64,000 nucleotides of DNA from an uncultured Planctomycetaceae bacterium (GTDB lineage Bacteria > Planctomycetota > Planctomycetia > Planctomycetales > Planctomycetaceae). Of the stretch, positions 33,037 through 42,684 are shown piece by piece. The stretch is from contig CAWFGE010000013.1 of the NCBI GenBank assembly GCA_963815195.1, positions 832,001 through 896,000 on the forward strand, written 5' to 3'. A model generated the notes under the pieces. That model was given only the letters and a program-made list of their open reading frames with translations. It made no database searches and was not told where the DNA came from. The position numbers and the translations under genes are program-made. The stretch's first letter is position 1. Every line of letters begins with the position of its first letter.

Positions 33037-34182
33037 TCAGGGCTTCGGCGTCGCCGCGGTTGGTTTTAAGAAATGCTCGAAGAACACATAGATCTGCTCG
33101 TTCGATTCCTCGGTCGGCGAATGGCCTTGGCGGTTGGTCATCGCCACGCGGTTTTCATATCCCAAGAAGCGATTGACGGCGACCGCGTGATTCAGGGCTT
33201 TCCAGCGCTCCGGCTGGTCTTCCGAACCCCCCGAGACCAACAACGGCCGCGGCGCCATGAGCGCGTGAAGCTCGTGCAAGTCGTGGCCGGCTTCGATCAT
33301 CTTTTTGTACGCCCCGGTGCGGGGATTTTTTGAGTTGGGGATGCCGGGCTGCCGGTCTTTTCCGCCCGGCTCAAATCCGAGATACCAGCGCTCCCAGTAG
33401 TTGACGTTGCCTCGCTTCTCATCGAATACGATCCCGCCGTCCGACCACGCGGCACAGGCGAACTTGTCGTAAAGGCACGAAGCGAACATCGCCCATTTCC
33501 CGCCGTAGGAATGCCCGACGATGCCGATCCGCTGCGGGTCCACCTGCTTGAGGTTCGCCAGGATCGCGTGGCAGGTCGCGGCTTCGTAGGCATGAAACGA
33601 GAGCGGCTGCAATCGGCAATGTTCTTTGTCCGGATAGTAAGTCTCCGGCGCGCTGCCCAGCGAAAGAGCGACGAAGCCGCGTTTGGCGAGGGCCAGCGCG
33701 AAATCGCGTCCCGCGGTTTTGCCGCGGCCGATGCCGGTGAGGGCGTCGTAATACACGACTACCACCGCGGGGAACGGCCCGTCGCCATCGGGGAGGAGCA
33801 GGTAAGCATCTTCGGTCTTCTTCCCGGGGGCGACCTCGATCCGCACGTGTTGCTGCGTGAGGTTCTCCCGCCGGTCTTCCTTTAAAACCTCGACCTGGGG
33901 GTTCTTCAAAAGCGGCGGCCAAACTCCCATCAACTCGTGCCATTTGTCGAGAATCTCGCGGCGTCGGCGCGGCCAGTCGGCGGGCGTTTTGACCGGCGTG
34001 CCATCGTAGAACCGAAGCGGCGACTTGTACGGCCCGAAGTCGCCCTCAAATCCCTGGGGCGGCTGAAAGAACGCCGCGAGCTTTTCAAATCCGGGTTCCG
34101 AGTTTTCCGTTCGAGGCGGATCGGCGGCCAAGGTTGACGCTGCCCAACCGCAGGCAATCGTGATACACAACAACTTTCGCAC
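33037..34182 (-). CDS. Secreted alpha/beta hydrolase (dienelactone hydrolase / acetyl esterase-like)
   Basis: RIGIVGHSYGG nucleophile elbow, ALMAPRP and GH catalytic His; signal peptide; GTG start with RBS. Confidence 0.82.
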   Translation of the reverse strand: MRKLLCITIACGWAASTLAADPPRTENSEPGFEKLAAFFQPPQGFEGDFGPYKSPLRFYDGTPVKTPADWPRRRREILDKWHELMGVWPPLLKNPQVEVLKEDRRENLTQQHVRIEVAPGKKTEDAYLLLPDGDGPFPAVVVVYYDALTGIGRGKTAGRDFALALAKRGFVALSLGSAPETYYPDKEHCRLQPLSFHAYEAATCHAILANLKQVDPQRIGIVGHSYGGKWAMFASCLYDKFACAAWSDGGIVFDEKRGNVNYWERWYLGFEPGGKDRQPGIPNSKNPRTGAYKKMIEAGHDLHELHALMAPRPLLVSGGSEDQPERWKALNHAVAVNRFLGYENRVAMTNRQGHSPTEESNEQIYVFFEHFLKPTAATPKP

Positions 34183-34318
34183 TGCGTTCTCCCCCCGAAT
34201 CGTCGCCCAAAAATCGTCCGCTCTTTTGGACATCGATCATAACTCGCCCGCCCCCTTGATGAAAGCCGCCACGCGATTGGGCGGCCCGCCCCGTTCCTGC
34301 GGACTTTCACTCATCGCG

Positions 34319-34327
34319 TGATATAAT
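34319..34327 (+). promoter_or_regulatory. Extended -10 promoter element
   Basis: TGATATAAT is a perfect TGnTATAAT match in AT-rich intergenic DNA. Confidence 0.5.
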
Positions 34328-34364
34328 TGTAAAGATCTCAAACTGCAGGTCGAAAGTGCAGGGG

Positions 34365-34506
34365 GGGTGGCTGGGGCGCAATGGAATGTTCCAAGGAAAA
34401 AGCAGATGTGAGGCCTGGGGCCGTGTGAGATTTTTCTCGCCGGGCCACAGCCCCAGCATTCGCAGTTCAAGCCTTATTCCAAAGGGGACTTGCGCCCCAG
34501 CCACCC
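34365..34506. repeat. Long rod-like hairpin with 17-bp perfect terminal inverted repeats (REP/MITE-like element or structured ncRNA)
   Basis: gggtggctggggcgcaa / ttgcgccccagccaccc, plus nested stems tggaat/attcca and ctggggc/gccccag. Confidence 0.7.
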
Positions 34507-34644
34507 AAACGCTTACAGTTTGAGCAAAGATTGAGGGCTTTCTGACGAATCACCTCAGAGACACGTGTGACAAGAACTCGATTGTTGCGTTATCATCGCG
34601 CAATCGTCTGTACGGGTGTTGGCCTTTTTGTGGAGATTTCCCAC

Positions 34645-34917
34645 GTGCAAAACGATCCTCGTGATCCAGAGATCTTGAAATCCGTCCCCGGCGAAGCGGA
34701 AGCCGCGGCCATTGTGTTGGCGCTCAAAGACCGGGGCATCGATGCGAGAACCACCGGAGGTTTCACCGCGGGTTTTCGCGCGGAAAGTCCCGGGCTGATC
34801 CAAGTGATCGTTCATGCCGCCGATCTCGACCGGGCGCGAAACGCTTTGGAGGAAATCGAAGGCGGGCCCTCCGAAGTGGATTGGCCCAATGTCGATGTGG
34901 GGCTGCCCGAAGACTAA
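34645..34917 (+). CDS. Small DUF2007-like (putative signal transduction) protein
   Basis: EAEAAAIVLALKDRGIDA and VIVHAADLDRARNAL; RBS tggag before GTG. Confidence 0.72.
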   Translation: MQNDPRDPEILKSVPGEAEAAAIVLALKDRGIDARTTGGFTAGFRAESPGLIQVIVHAADLDRARNALEEIEGGPSEVDWPNVDVGLPED

Positions 34918-35025
34918 AATCTCAACAAAAAACCGAAGACCGCCGCACGCGGCTGATGAGTCGTGTGTCTTGCGAGAATCGTTTTTTGATTTGACAAATG
35001 CACAAAGATGGGAGCGAAGTACATC

Positions 35026-36065
35026 GTGAGTTCGGCCTATGATGCGGTGTTGGTGGTGGGGTTCGGCGGACCGGAGAAGCGCGAGGATGTGATTCCGTTC
35101 CTGGAAAACGTGCTCCGGGGGCGGAACGTTCCCCGCGAACGGATGTTGGAAGTCGCCGAGCATTATTACCATTTTGGCGGCGCGAGCCCCATCAATGCCC
35201 AGACGCGGGCGGTGATCGAGGCGCTCCGCGAGGAACTCGCCACACGCGGGATCCCGCTTCCCATCTACTGGGGCAATCGGAATTGGCACCCCCTGCTCGC
35301 CGACACCATGCGGCAACTCGCCGACGAAGGCAAGCGGCGGGTACTGGCGTTGGTGCTGGCGGCCTATAGCTCTTATTCGAGTTGCCGGCAATACCGGGAA
35401 GACATCGAGCGCGCCGGGAAGCGGTCGGCGAGTCCGCTCCCGAGGTCGATAAAATTCGCGTGTTCTTTAATCATCCCGACTTTATCGCGGCCAATGCGGA
35501 TCGGCTTTCCTTGGCTATGGCGAAATTGCCGAGCGCACAACGCGAGCGGGCGTTCGTCGTGTTGACCGCGCACAGCCTGCCTCGTTCGATGGCCGAGTCG
35601 TCCGCGTATGTGGCCCAGCTTGAGGAAACCTGCCGGTTGGTGGCGGAACAACTGGGCATCGCGCCCGACCGGTATCGGCTGGTCTATCAAAGCCGCAGCG
35701 GCCGGCCGCAAGATCCGTGGCTCGAGCCCGACGTTTGCGATTTTTTGCGGGAGCTCAAACCGCAAGGGATTTCCGATGTGCTCGTCATGCCGATCGGTTT
35801 TCTGTCCGATCACATGGAAGTCCTGTTCGATCTGGATGAGGAAGCCCGGCAGGTATGCGACGAGGAACACCTCCACATGATCCGCGTGGAGACGGTGGGG
35901 ACGCATCCGAAGTTCATCGGCATGCTCCGGGAGTTGATCGAAGAGCGGTCAAGCGATGACCCCGAACGCCGAGCGATCGGAAACTTCCCAGCGAACCCCG
36001 ATGTTTGCCCGATCGATTGCTGCCCCGCCCCCGTCCGGCCGGCGCGTCCTCCCTCAGCGAAGTAA
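35026..36065 (+). CDS. hemH: Ferrochelatase; apparent frameshift near 35414
   Basis: FGGPE, GGASPIN, GNRNWHP, TAHSLP, YQSRSG..WLEPD and GFLSDHMEVLFDLD. Confidence 0.92.
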
Positions 36066-36072
36066 TCCGGCG

Positions 36073-37473
36073 TCAAAGCGTTTTCAGATACTCCAACACC
36101 GCCCGCTTTTGGGGCTCCGCGAGAAGCGACGGATAGTCGTGGCCCGAGGCGCTTTTCCCGTGAGCGCGCGTGTCGAATACGGTCCGGCGTTCGGCAGCGG
36201 TGTTGGCGGAGTCGGGAACCTCGTCGAATGTCTCCACCTCCAAGCCCACGCGGCTTCGGTCGTAGCCGTTTTCGCTCCGCCGCCAAACGGCGGGGCGTTG
36301 TTCGGGATGCAGTACGTGCCAGAGCGTGGGCACCGATCCGTTGTGGAAATAAGGGGCCGAGGCCCAGACACCGTCCAAAGGAGGGGCGACGTAGCCCGCG
36401 GGGGAATCGTCCACCGGGTCTTTTCCATAACGGCTCATCCAGCCGGTTTTCACCCAGTGGAGATGCTCTTGGGTCAAGGCCCTCAGGCGAACGGGATCGG
36501 TGCCGACGTCCGCAATGGGCACCGTGCGTTCGGGGTAGGTCGGCTTTTCGCCGTAGCGGCCGTGGCATTTCGCGCAGCTCTGGTTGAAGATCCGCTCGCC
36601 GCTTTCGGCCAGGTCCCGGTCCACGTCCCAGCGCCACTTCGGCGGCTGGGCGGATTCAATCCACGACAGAACATCTTGAAAATCGGCTTCCCAACTCTCG
36701 ACAGTTTTGCGGTCGTTCACCGGCAGCAGCATGAACTGCATCAGCGGGCGGTGGGACTTGGCGATGTGGCCGTCGATATACAGCCGGGACTTCTTCTTCA
36801 CGTTCCAGAACGGCGGGGCGTCCATGTCGTGATGTTCCACGTCGGGCGTTTTTCGGTTCTTGAGCACGTTCATGTCGCGGTCGCGCTGATTGCCCAAGAG
36901 GATCCCGAAGATCACCGCGTTGGTCGTGCCGTTGGTCGAGCCGAGCGGAAACGTCAACGTGCCCAAATCGAGGTGGGTGAGTCTTTTCCGAAGGCGAATT
37001 TTTGTCAGGCGAATTTCCTCGGTGAGCGTTTCCAGAGCGAAATGCGAATTGGGCAGGCCGGGAATGACCTCCCCCGCGACTTTGCCGGCGTGACAGGCGA
37101 GGCAATTCATGACCCAGCCGCCTCGGCCGTCGTCCACATATCCCAAAGCCGGCCCCTTGCCGCGGGGTTTTTCGGGATCTTCCATCAGCCCGTATCGGGA
37201 AAATGCCATTCGCCTTCGCTCGGTGGCGGAGGCCTTCGCCGCGCGGGACTTGAGGGGTTCCGGCCACACGTGCCAAAGGTTGTCGAACGTCTCCTGATCG
37301 AAGTCGGCCGGCAAAAACGGCTTGGTTCGCAACACCCGGTAGCCGCGCTCCGCGGCGGTTTCGGCTTTGGAATCGCGTCCTTGATCATCGGCCGGCAACG
37401 CGTGCGCGACGAGCAAACCCGTTCCGATAAAAATCCCCCAAGCGACGAATCGCCACTTTTCCCTGCCGTCCAT
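36073..37473 (-). CDS. Secreted di-heme c-type cytochrome, RoxA/MauG-like family
   Basis: Two CxxCH motifs (CLACH, CAKCH), VGTDPVR and APPLDGVWASAPYFHNGSVPTL; signal peptide. Confidence 0.82.
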   Translation of the reverse strand: MDGREKWRFVAWGIFIGTGLLVAHALPADDQGRDSKAETAAERGYRVLRTKPFLPADFDQETFDNLWHVWPEPLKSRAAKASATERRRMAFSRYGLMEDPEKPRGKGPALGYVDDGRGGWVMNCLACHAGKVAGEVIPGLPNSHFALETLTEEIRLTKIRLRKRLTHLDLGTLTFPLGSTNGTTNAVIFGILLGNQRDRDMNVLKNRKTPDVEHHDMDAPPFWNVKKKSRLYIDGHIAKSHRPLMQFMLLPVNDRKTVESWEADFQDVLSWIESAQPPKWRWDVDRDLAESGERIFNQSCAKCHGRYGEKPTYPERTVPIADVGTDPVRLRALTQEHLHWVKTGWMSRYGKDPVDDSPAGYVAPPLDGVWASAPYFHNGSVPTLWHVLHPEQRPAVWRRSENGYDRSRVGLEVETFDEVPDSANTAAERRTVFDTRAHGKSASGHDYPSLLAEPQKRAVLEYLKTL

Positions 37474-37727
37474 TTTTAATCCCTGCCGTTGCATGTTGCC
37501 TTGTCGCTCCTTGAATCCTGGTCCTCTCGAAAAACCCGGGCTCGCTCCAGTGTATTATAAACTTCGCGGGCAGAATCCGGCCATTCGAGAACCGCACAAG
37601 ACGCAAAATCGCTCGCGTCGGCACAAAACTCACTTCGTTTTGACCGGCTTTGGCGGCTTGAGGATTGATTTTTCGTATAGGTCGAGCATGATGGTTGAAG
37701 CCGCCATTTTTTCCGCGAGGGCCTCTG

Positions 37728-38645
37728 ATGCATGTGATCTCGATCTACAACAATAAAGGAGGAGAGGGAAAGTCCACCGTCACGGTGGGCCTGGCGGAAT
37801 TCCTGGCGGCCAATCGCCAAAAGACCGTCCTGGTGATCGATTTGGACGCCCAGGCCTCGAGCACGTGCGCGCTCATCGGCCATCAATCCTTGAATGCCTC
37901 CATCGAAACCCGCCAAACCCTCGTCGATCTCATGCAGGATCTTCGCCAGACGAAAAAACGGGTGGAGAATCTCCAACGGTTTCTGATCTGGCGTCCCGCG
38001 GCCGATGCGCGGGGCTCCGCCTTGGACGAAATCGCCCTGATGGTGCCCGACGGCGACCGCATGTTTGATGTGGAAGAGTCGATGGATCACCGGAAAGACC
38101 ACAACCTGTTTCGCAAATTCTTGAAGCCGGCCCTCGCCCAGTTCGATTATGTCTTGATCGACCTGCCCGCCAACATCACCCGGGCTTCGGTGTTCAGCAT
38201 CAACGGGCTCGCGATGAGCGATTTTGTGCTGATTCCCGTTCGGCCCAGCCGGATTTCCTTGAACGGCTTGCCGCGGACTTTTGAAATGATCGACTACGTA
38301 CGCAGGGTCAACGGCAACGGCCGGCCCGCTGTCTTGGGGCTCTTGAGAAACGCCACCGATCGCCGGTTCCAACAATACAAGGCCAACTTTCCCGCAATCG
38401 AAACCGCAGCCCAAGGCGGAGAAATGCCGCCGCTGCTCAAACATCTCTGGCCGCCCTCGCCCGCGCTCGAATCGGCGACCGACGACAATCGCCACGCCCG
38501 CACGCTCAAGGAACGCTTTGGTCCCGTGTACGAGCATTGCCGAAAGGTGGCGGCGGAACTCGACCAGCTTTGCAAATCCTACGAATTCCGCCAACCGGAA
38601 ACGCCGATTAAAAAAACTCTCTGGCAACGCCTGGGCTTGGCATAA
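37728..38645 (+). CDS. ParA/MinD-family ATPase (orphan)
   Basis: Deviant Walker A NNKGGEGKST, VIDLDAQ, FDYVLIDLP and SDFVLIP. Confidence 0.88.
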   Translation: MHVISIYNNKGGEGKSTVTVGLAEFLAANRQKTVLVIDLDAQASSTCALIGHQSLNASIETRQTLVDLMQDLRQTKKRVENLQRFLIWRPAADARGSALDEIALMVPDGDRMFDVEESMDHRKDHNLFRKFLKPALAQFDYVLIDLPANITRASVFSINGLAMSDFVLIPVRPSRISLNGLPRTFEMIDYVRRVNGNGRPAVLGLLRNATDRRFQQYKANFPAIETAAQGGEMPPLLKHLWPPSPALESATDDNRHARTLKERFGPVYEHCRKVAAELDQLCKSYEFRQPETPIKKTLWQRLGLA

Positions 38646-38676
38646 GAACGTGTTTGAAACGAATTCGTCTGCAAAC

Positions 38677-38754
38677 GTGAGCGGGACGGCGCTAGCCGCC
38701 GGCCTTGATTTTGTGACGATCGTTTCATCGAAACCGGAGGCTAGCCTACGCTCA
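38677..38754. repeat. Diverged REP-like doublet related to 55043-55109
   Basis: tgagcg..ggcgctagccgccgg ... aaccggaggctagcc..cgctca; shares the ggcgctagcc and ttcatcg..aaccgga motifs. Confidence 0.6.
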
Positions 38755-38802
38755 GATTTCAAACACGTGCTAAGCCGATCTCCATTGGGATCGCGGCGCG
38801 GG

Positions 38803-41148
38803 TCAGGGGATTTGCACGATGAAGCGTTGGCTGCCGATTTGGAATTCCCCGCCGCTGACGAGCTGCATCTCTTCGATTTGAATCCACACGCCGTTGCGGG
38901 AGTTGTAATTCTTGATCACCCAGCGGTTCTTGTCGTCGCGTTTGAGCACGGCGTGCAGCGGGCTGAGAAACGGATCGTCGAGCACCAGCAGGTCGCATTG
39001 CATGGGATCGCGGCCGATCGTCACCGGCGGACGGCCCAATCGAAGCGTTTTGCCGCGGCCTTTCTTGGTGATTTCCTGCAATTGATCGAATGGGGGCCCG
39101 CCCGCCTCGGACGGGCAGTTGCAGACGAGCTTATATCGGCGGCAGCCCAAAAGAAATTCCTGCCCATCCTCCAAAATCGCCCGCGACGCGCGGGCGAAGG
39201 TTCCGTTGGTGGTGTTTAGGTCCCGGATGAGAAGCTCGAACAGGCTGTCACCCGTCTGCTCGAGCCGGATTTCCGCATGGCGGCCGGAAATGCTTTTGTC
39301 GTGGCTGATGATCAAATCGCCCTCGTTGCGGCCGATCACAAAGCTCGGCTGCCGAATGCGGAACCATTCTCCCTCGCGGCCCGAACCGTCGTCCAAGACG
39401 CAGATCTTGATGACCGGCGGACGATTCGCCGGGCGGAAGAGCATCGCTTTGTCTCCCGGGCAAGGCGGATCAACCCCGGCCTCTGTGGCCAATTCCACAA
39501 AATCGCCCTCGGGCAGATCGTCGCTTATCGGAGACTTGTCGTCTGTCGGAACGTCTTCTGTGGCAGTGCCGCTCGCCGCGCCCGTGGGCGACCCCGCGGC
39601 GACGCGGTCGTCGGCTTTCGATTCGCCGGCGGGTTCCGATGGCTCGTCTTCGGAAAGGCCCTCTTTTGTGGGGGCCAAGTGAGCCGCGATTTCCAGCAGA
39701 TGGGAACTCCCCGCGCTGCCCGGAATCGGTCCGTCCGCCAGCCAGGCCGCCAAATCCTCTGCGTTGGCCGCGGGAACCTCGCCGGACGGTTCCGCGTCGG
39801 AGACCGCGACTCGTTTATCGATCCGCACGGCGGAATCCGCGTTGCTTGGTTCGGGGAAGTCCAAAGCGTTCTCCGAGTCCTCCGCTGAGGAATGGACCTG
39901 GGTGTCTTTCAACGCCTTTTCTCTTTCTCGGCGTTTGACCAGCCAGGGAGGAATCTCCTCGTCGTCCTCGTCGGAAGGCAGATCCGTGGCGCCGGACCTT
40001 TCCGCGGAGCCAGACTCCCCATCGACCGACTCGGGCCTGGCGGGATCGGCCACCGTGGGCGTGTTGATCGGGAGGGGTGTTTTTCCCGGGGCGAAGTCTT
40101 CCGGCTCCTCGAAAGGCCTTTCCCGAACGGGTGCGGGCAACAAGGCGGGCGAGGCCGGCAGGTATTCGGGCGGCACCTCGTCGAGAGGGCCCGCCGTGGC
40201 CGCCCCGCGGATCAATTGAATCGCCGCAATCATCTCGCGGGCGTCGGCGTAACGCTTTTCGCGCTCGGGCTGCAAAGCCTTCTGCACGACCGCGTCCCAC
40301 GCGGCGTCGATCCCGGGCTTGGCCTGCGAAGGCGGCGCAAACGCCCCGCGCGGCCGAGTCCCCGTCAGCATTTCATAAATCACAACCCCCACCGCGAACA
40401 GGTCGGCCCGGTGGTCCGCCTGCGTCGCATCTTCCGTTTGCTCGGGGGCCATGTACTCCGCGGTCCCGAGCGGCCCCCCCGCGTAGGTGAGCTGCTTACC
40501 GCCCGAGCGGTCCCCGGGCATCGCCGCGATTCCAAAATCCACCACCTTCACGCGGCCGTTGCGGTCGATCAACACGTTGGTCGGCTTGATGTCGCGGTGG
40601 ATCACGCCTTCTTCGTGAGCATATTGCAGCGAATGCAAAACCTGCAGAATGAGAAACCGCGTGCGGTCCACATCGAGTTCGCGGGCGCGAATGAGATCGT
40701 GCAGCGTCGTGGGGTCGCCCCGGTTGGGACCTTCCACATATTCCATAATGATGCAGCACAGGCCGTCGGGATTGGAGCGAAAATCGTGGATGCCGACAAT
40801 GCCCGGATGATGAAGCCGGCCCAGCGTGTAGGCTTCCCGCGTGAAGCGGGCCAGGAAATGCTCGCTGTGCGAGAGGTTTTGCGCGAGCACTTTGATTGCC
40901 ACTTTTCGGCCCAGCACAAGCTGCCGGGCTTCCCACACATCCCCCATCCCGCCCCGGCCGATGTGCCGGGTGATTTCAAATCCCTCAATCTTCGGGGCGG
41001 AGATTGACGCATCGTGGTCTTGGGTGGCCGCGGCTTTCGTTTCATCCCCGGACTCGGAAAGCGGCTCGTCGCAGACAGGACACCTTGGATTCTGGGCATC
41101 CAAGTCCTCGGGATCAAAGGTGGCATGACATTGGGGACAAGCGGGCAT
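38803..41148 (-). CDS. Ser/Thr protein kinase with N-terminal Zn ribbon and two C-terminal FHA domains
   Basis: CPQC/CPVC; IGRGGMG, VAIK, HRDIKPTN, DFG and YMAPE; FHA motifs IGR..ISGRHA..TTNGT and IGR..LSPLHA..SRNG. Confidence 0.9.
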   Translation of the reverse strand: MPACPQCHATFDPEDLDAQNPRCPVCDEPLSESGDETKAAATQDHDASISAPKIEGFEITRHIGRGGMGDVWEARQLVLGRKVAIKVLAQNLSHSEHFLARFTREAYTLGRLHHPGIVGIHDFRSNPDGLCCIIMEYVEGPNRGDPTTLHDLIRARELDVDRTRFLILQVLHSLQYAHEEGVIHRDIKPTNVLIDRNGRVKVVDFGIAAMPGDRSGGKQLTYAGGPLGTAEYMAPEQTEDATQADHRADLFAVGVVIYEMLTGTRPRGAFAPPSQAKPGIDAAWDAVVQKALQPEREKRYADAREMIAAIQLIRGAATAGPLDEVPPEYLPASPALLPAPVRERPFEEPEDFAPGKTPLPINTPTVADPARPESVDGESGSAERSGATDLPSDEDDEEIPPWLVKRREREKALKDTQVHSSAEDSENALDFPEPSNADSAVRIDKRVAVSDAEPSGEVPAANAEDLAAWLADGPIPGSAGSSHLLEIAAHLAPTKEGLSEDEPSEPAGESKADDRVAAGSPTGAASGTATEDVPTDDKSPISDDLPEGDFVELATEAGVDPPCPGDKAMLFRPANRPPVIKICVLDDGSGREGEWFRIRQPSFVIGRNEGDLIISHDKSISGRHAEIRLEQTGDSLFELLIRDLNTTNGTFARASRAILEDGQEFLLGCRRYKLVCNCPSEAGGPPFDQLQEITKKGRGKTLRLGRPPVTIGRDPMQCDLLVLDDPFLSPLHAVLKRDDKNRWVIKNYNSRNGVWIQIEEMQLVSGGEFQIGSQRFIVQIP

Positions 41149-41554
41149 ACGGAAACGCGGTCACACAATTCTTGGAATAGAACTGAAACTTTAAGCGACG
41201 GGTCTTCCTTTGAAATCGTTTTCCTCGAAATCATGCTCCGTTTGAGAGGCCACATGGGGCAAAGGCCATAAAGTGTCTCTCCGCACTCCGCCAAAACGAA
41301 CCCCGATCCAGGCCCTTCGGAAAAGTTCTGGGTGATTTCCCCAACCAGCATACCAAGACCGCGGCACGTAACGAAAGGTCAGCACTGAAAAACCGGTTCT
41401 TCCGGATAATCCGGGGGAACGACGACGGTGTTAAAGGATTTCTCGTCCGCGCTTTTTCACCTCCCTTTGGGGAGGTCGGACGCGGTAGCGGCCGGGTGGG
41501 GGAAGCGTCTGATGGGACGCGATCTTCGACTTCAGTCGTTCCAAAAAAAGGCCT

Positions 41555-41619
41555 GAGCCGCGCACGAAGTGCGGTCTTGCGGTCTGAGTCCCTGAAACCG
41601 CTTACTTCGTGCGCGGCTC
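41555..41619. repeat. REP-like inverted repeat
   Basis: gagccgcgcacgaagt / acttcgtgcgcggctc (16 bp perfect), plus an inner gcggt/accgc stem. Confidence 0.75.
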
Positions 41620-41885
41620 TTGAAAACCAAACCAATTTCCTGAGCTTTTTTGGAAGTACTGAACTTGGCAAATGAACGTGCCACTCCGCCGAAACGTCAC
41701 GCCGGTAACCTCGTTCTCCCGTCGCTCGCAAAGCCCCACCGTTGATCATCACACAAAAAGATCATCAGCGTCCGCCCCGATTCGCCGGAAGAGCCAAAAA
41801 ACCGCCGCTCAACCGGCCGGTTCTCGCCATGCATTTGCCGCTTGAAAACCAGCGTTCCCACAACTTTTAGGCAGTCCTGAGGGCT

Positions 41886-42671
41886 TCAGCGATCGATGCC
41901 AAACAGCGTGCGGGCGTTTTCGGTGGTTTGCCGGGCCATCTCTTCCGCCGAGACGCCGTGCACCTCCGCCAGGACGCCGGCCGTGTATTCCACGAACGCG
42001 GGTTCGTTGCGTTTGATCTTCCCGCGCTTCGGCGTGGGCACCAAATAGGGGGCATCGGTTTCGACCAGGAGCCGATCCGGCGGCACGGACCCGGCAATCG
42101 CCCGCAGTTCGTCGTTCTTCCGATAGGTCAGCATCCCGGAAAACGACAGATGGAGGCCCATCCCCAGGCAAATCTCCGCCGACGCAGCGCTCCCGCAGAA
42201 GCTGTGCATCACCCCGCGAAACGGCTGTTGGTCTTCGAACTCCCGCAGGACGGCGATCACATCCTCCTCGGCGTCCCGGCAATGGATGATGAAAGGCAGC
42301 CGGTATTGAAATGCGAGTCGCAGATGCTGGCGAAAGAACTCGATCTGCACATTGAGCGGGGCAAAATCCCAATAGCGGTCCAGCCCCGTTTCGCCGATGC
42401 CCACAACCTGCGGATGCGTGAGGAGCGCTTCGATCTCCGCCATGTCGGTCGCGGACGCCTCCGCGGCATAATTGGGCTGAATCCCCACGACGGCGGAAAC
42501 CATTGCGTGCGCTTCCGCCAATTCGACGGCCCGGCGGCTGGTTTCGAGCGTGATCCCGATCGTGAAGATCCGCGAGACCCCCGCCTGTTTTGCGTTTTCC
42601 AGAACCTCGTTCAAATCCGGCGCAAATGCGTCCGCATCGAGGTGGGCGTGGGTGTCGATCAGATTCAGCAT
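41886..42671 (-). CDS. tatD: TatD-family deoxyribonuclease
   Basis: IDTHAHL, GIGETGLD, IIHCR, VMHSF, LLVETDAPYL and NEP. Confidence 0.93.
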   Translation of the reverse strand: MLNLIDTHAHLDADAFAPDLNEVLENAKQAGVSRIFTIGITLETSRRAVELAEAHAMVSAVVGIQPNYAAEASATDMAEIEALLTHPQVVGIGETGLDRYWDFAPLNVQIEFFRQHLRLAFQYRLPFIIHCRDAEEDVIAVLREFEDQQPFRGVMHSFCGSAASAEICLGMGLHLSFSGMLTYRKNDELRAIAGSVPPDRLLVETDAPYLVPTPKRGKIKRNEPAFVEYTAGVLAEVHGVSAEEMARQTTENARTLFGIDR

Positions 42672-42684
42672 GGGATTGTTGGCG

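Noticed and set aside
34890..34975. accgcc..ggctgatga resembling a fluoride riboswitch 3' half, or a hammerhead CUGAUGA core
   Set aside because: There is no correctly spaced 5' GGNGAUG/P1 or pseudoknot partner and no GAAA after stem II. The downstream gene (hemH) is unrelated to fluoride.
35026..36065. hemH (and nuoM, ccsA, the FNR gene) as pseudogenes or programmed frameshifts
   Set aside because: Each has a single indel in a G/C run, with no other decay and no slippery heptamer plus stimulator; sequencing error is more likely.
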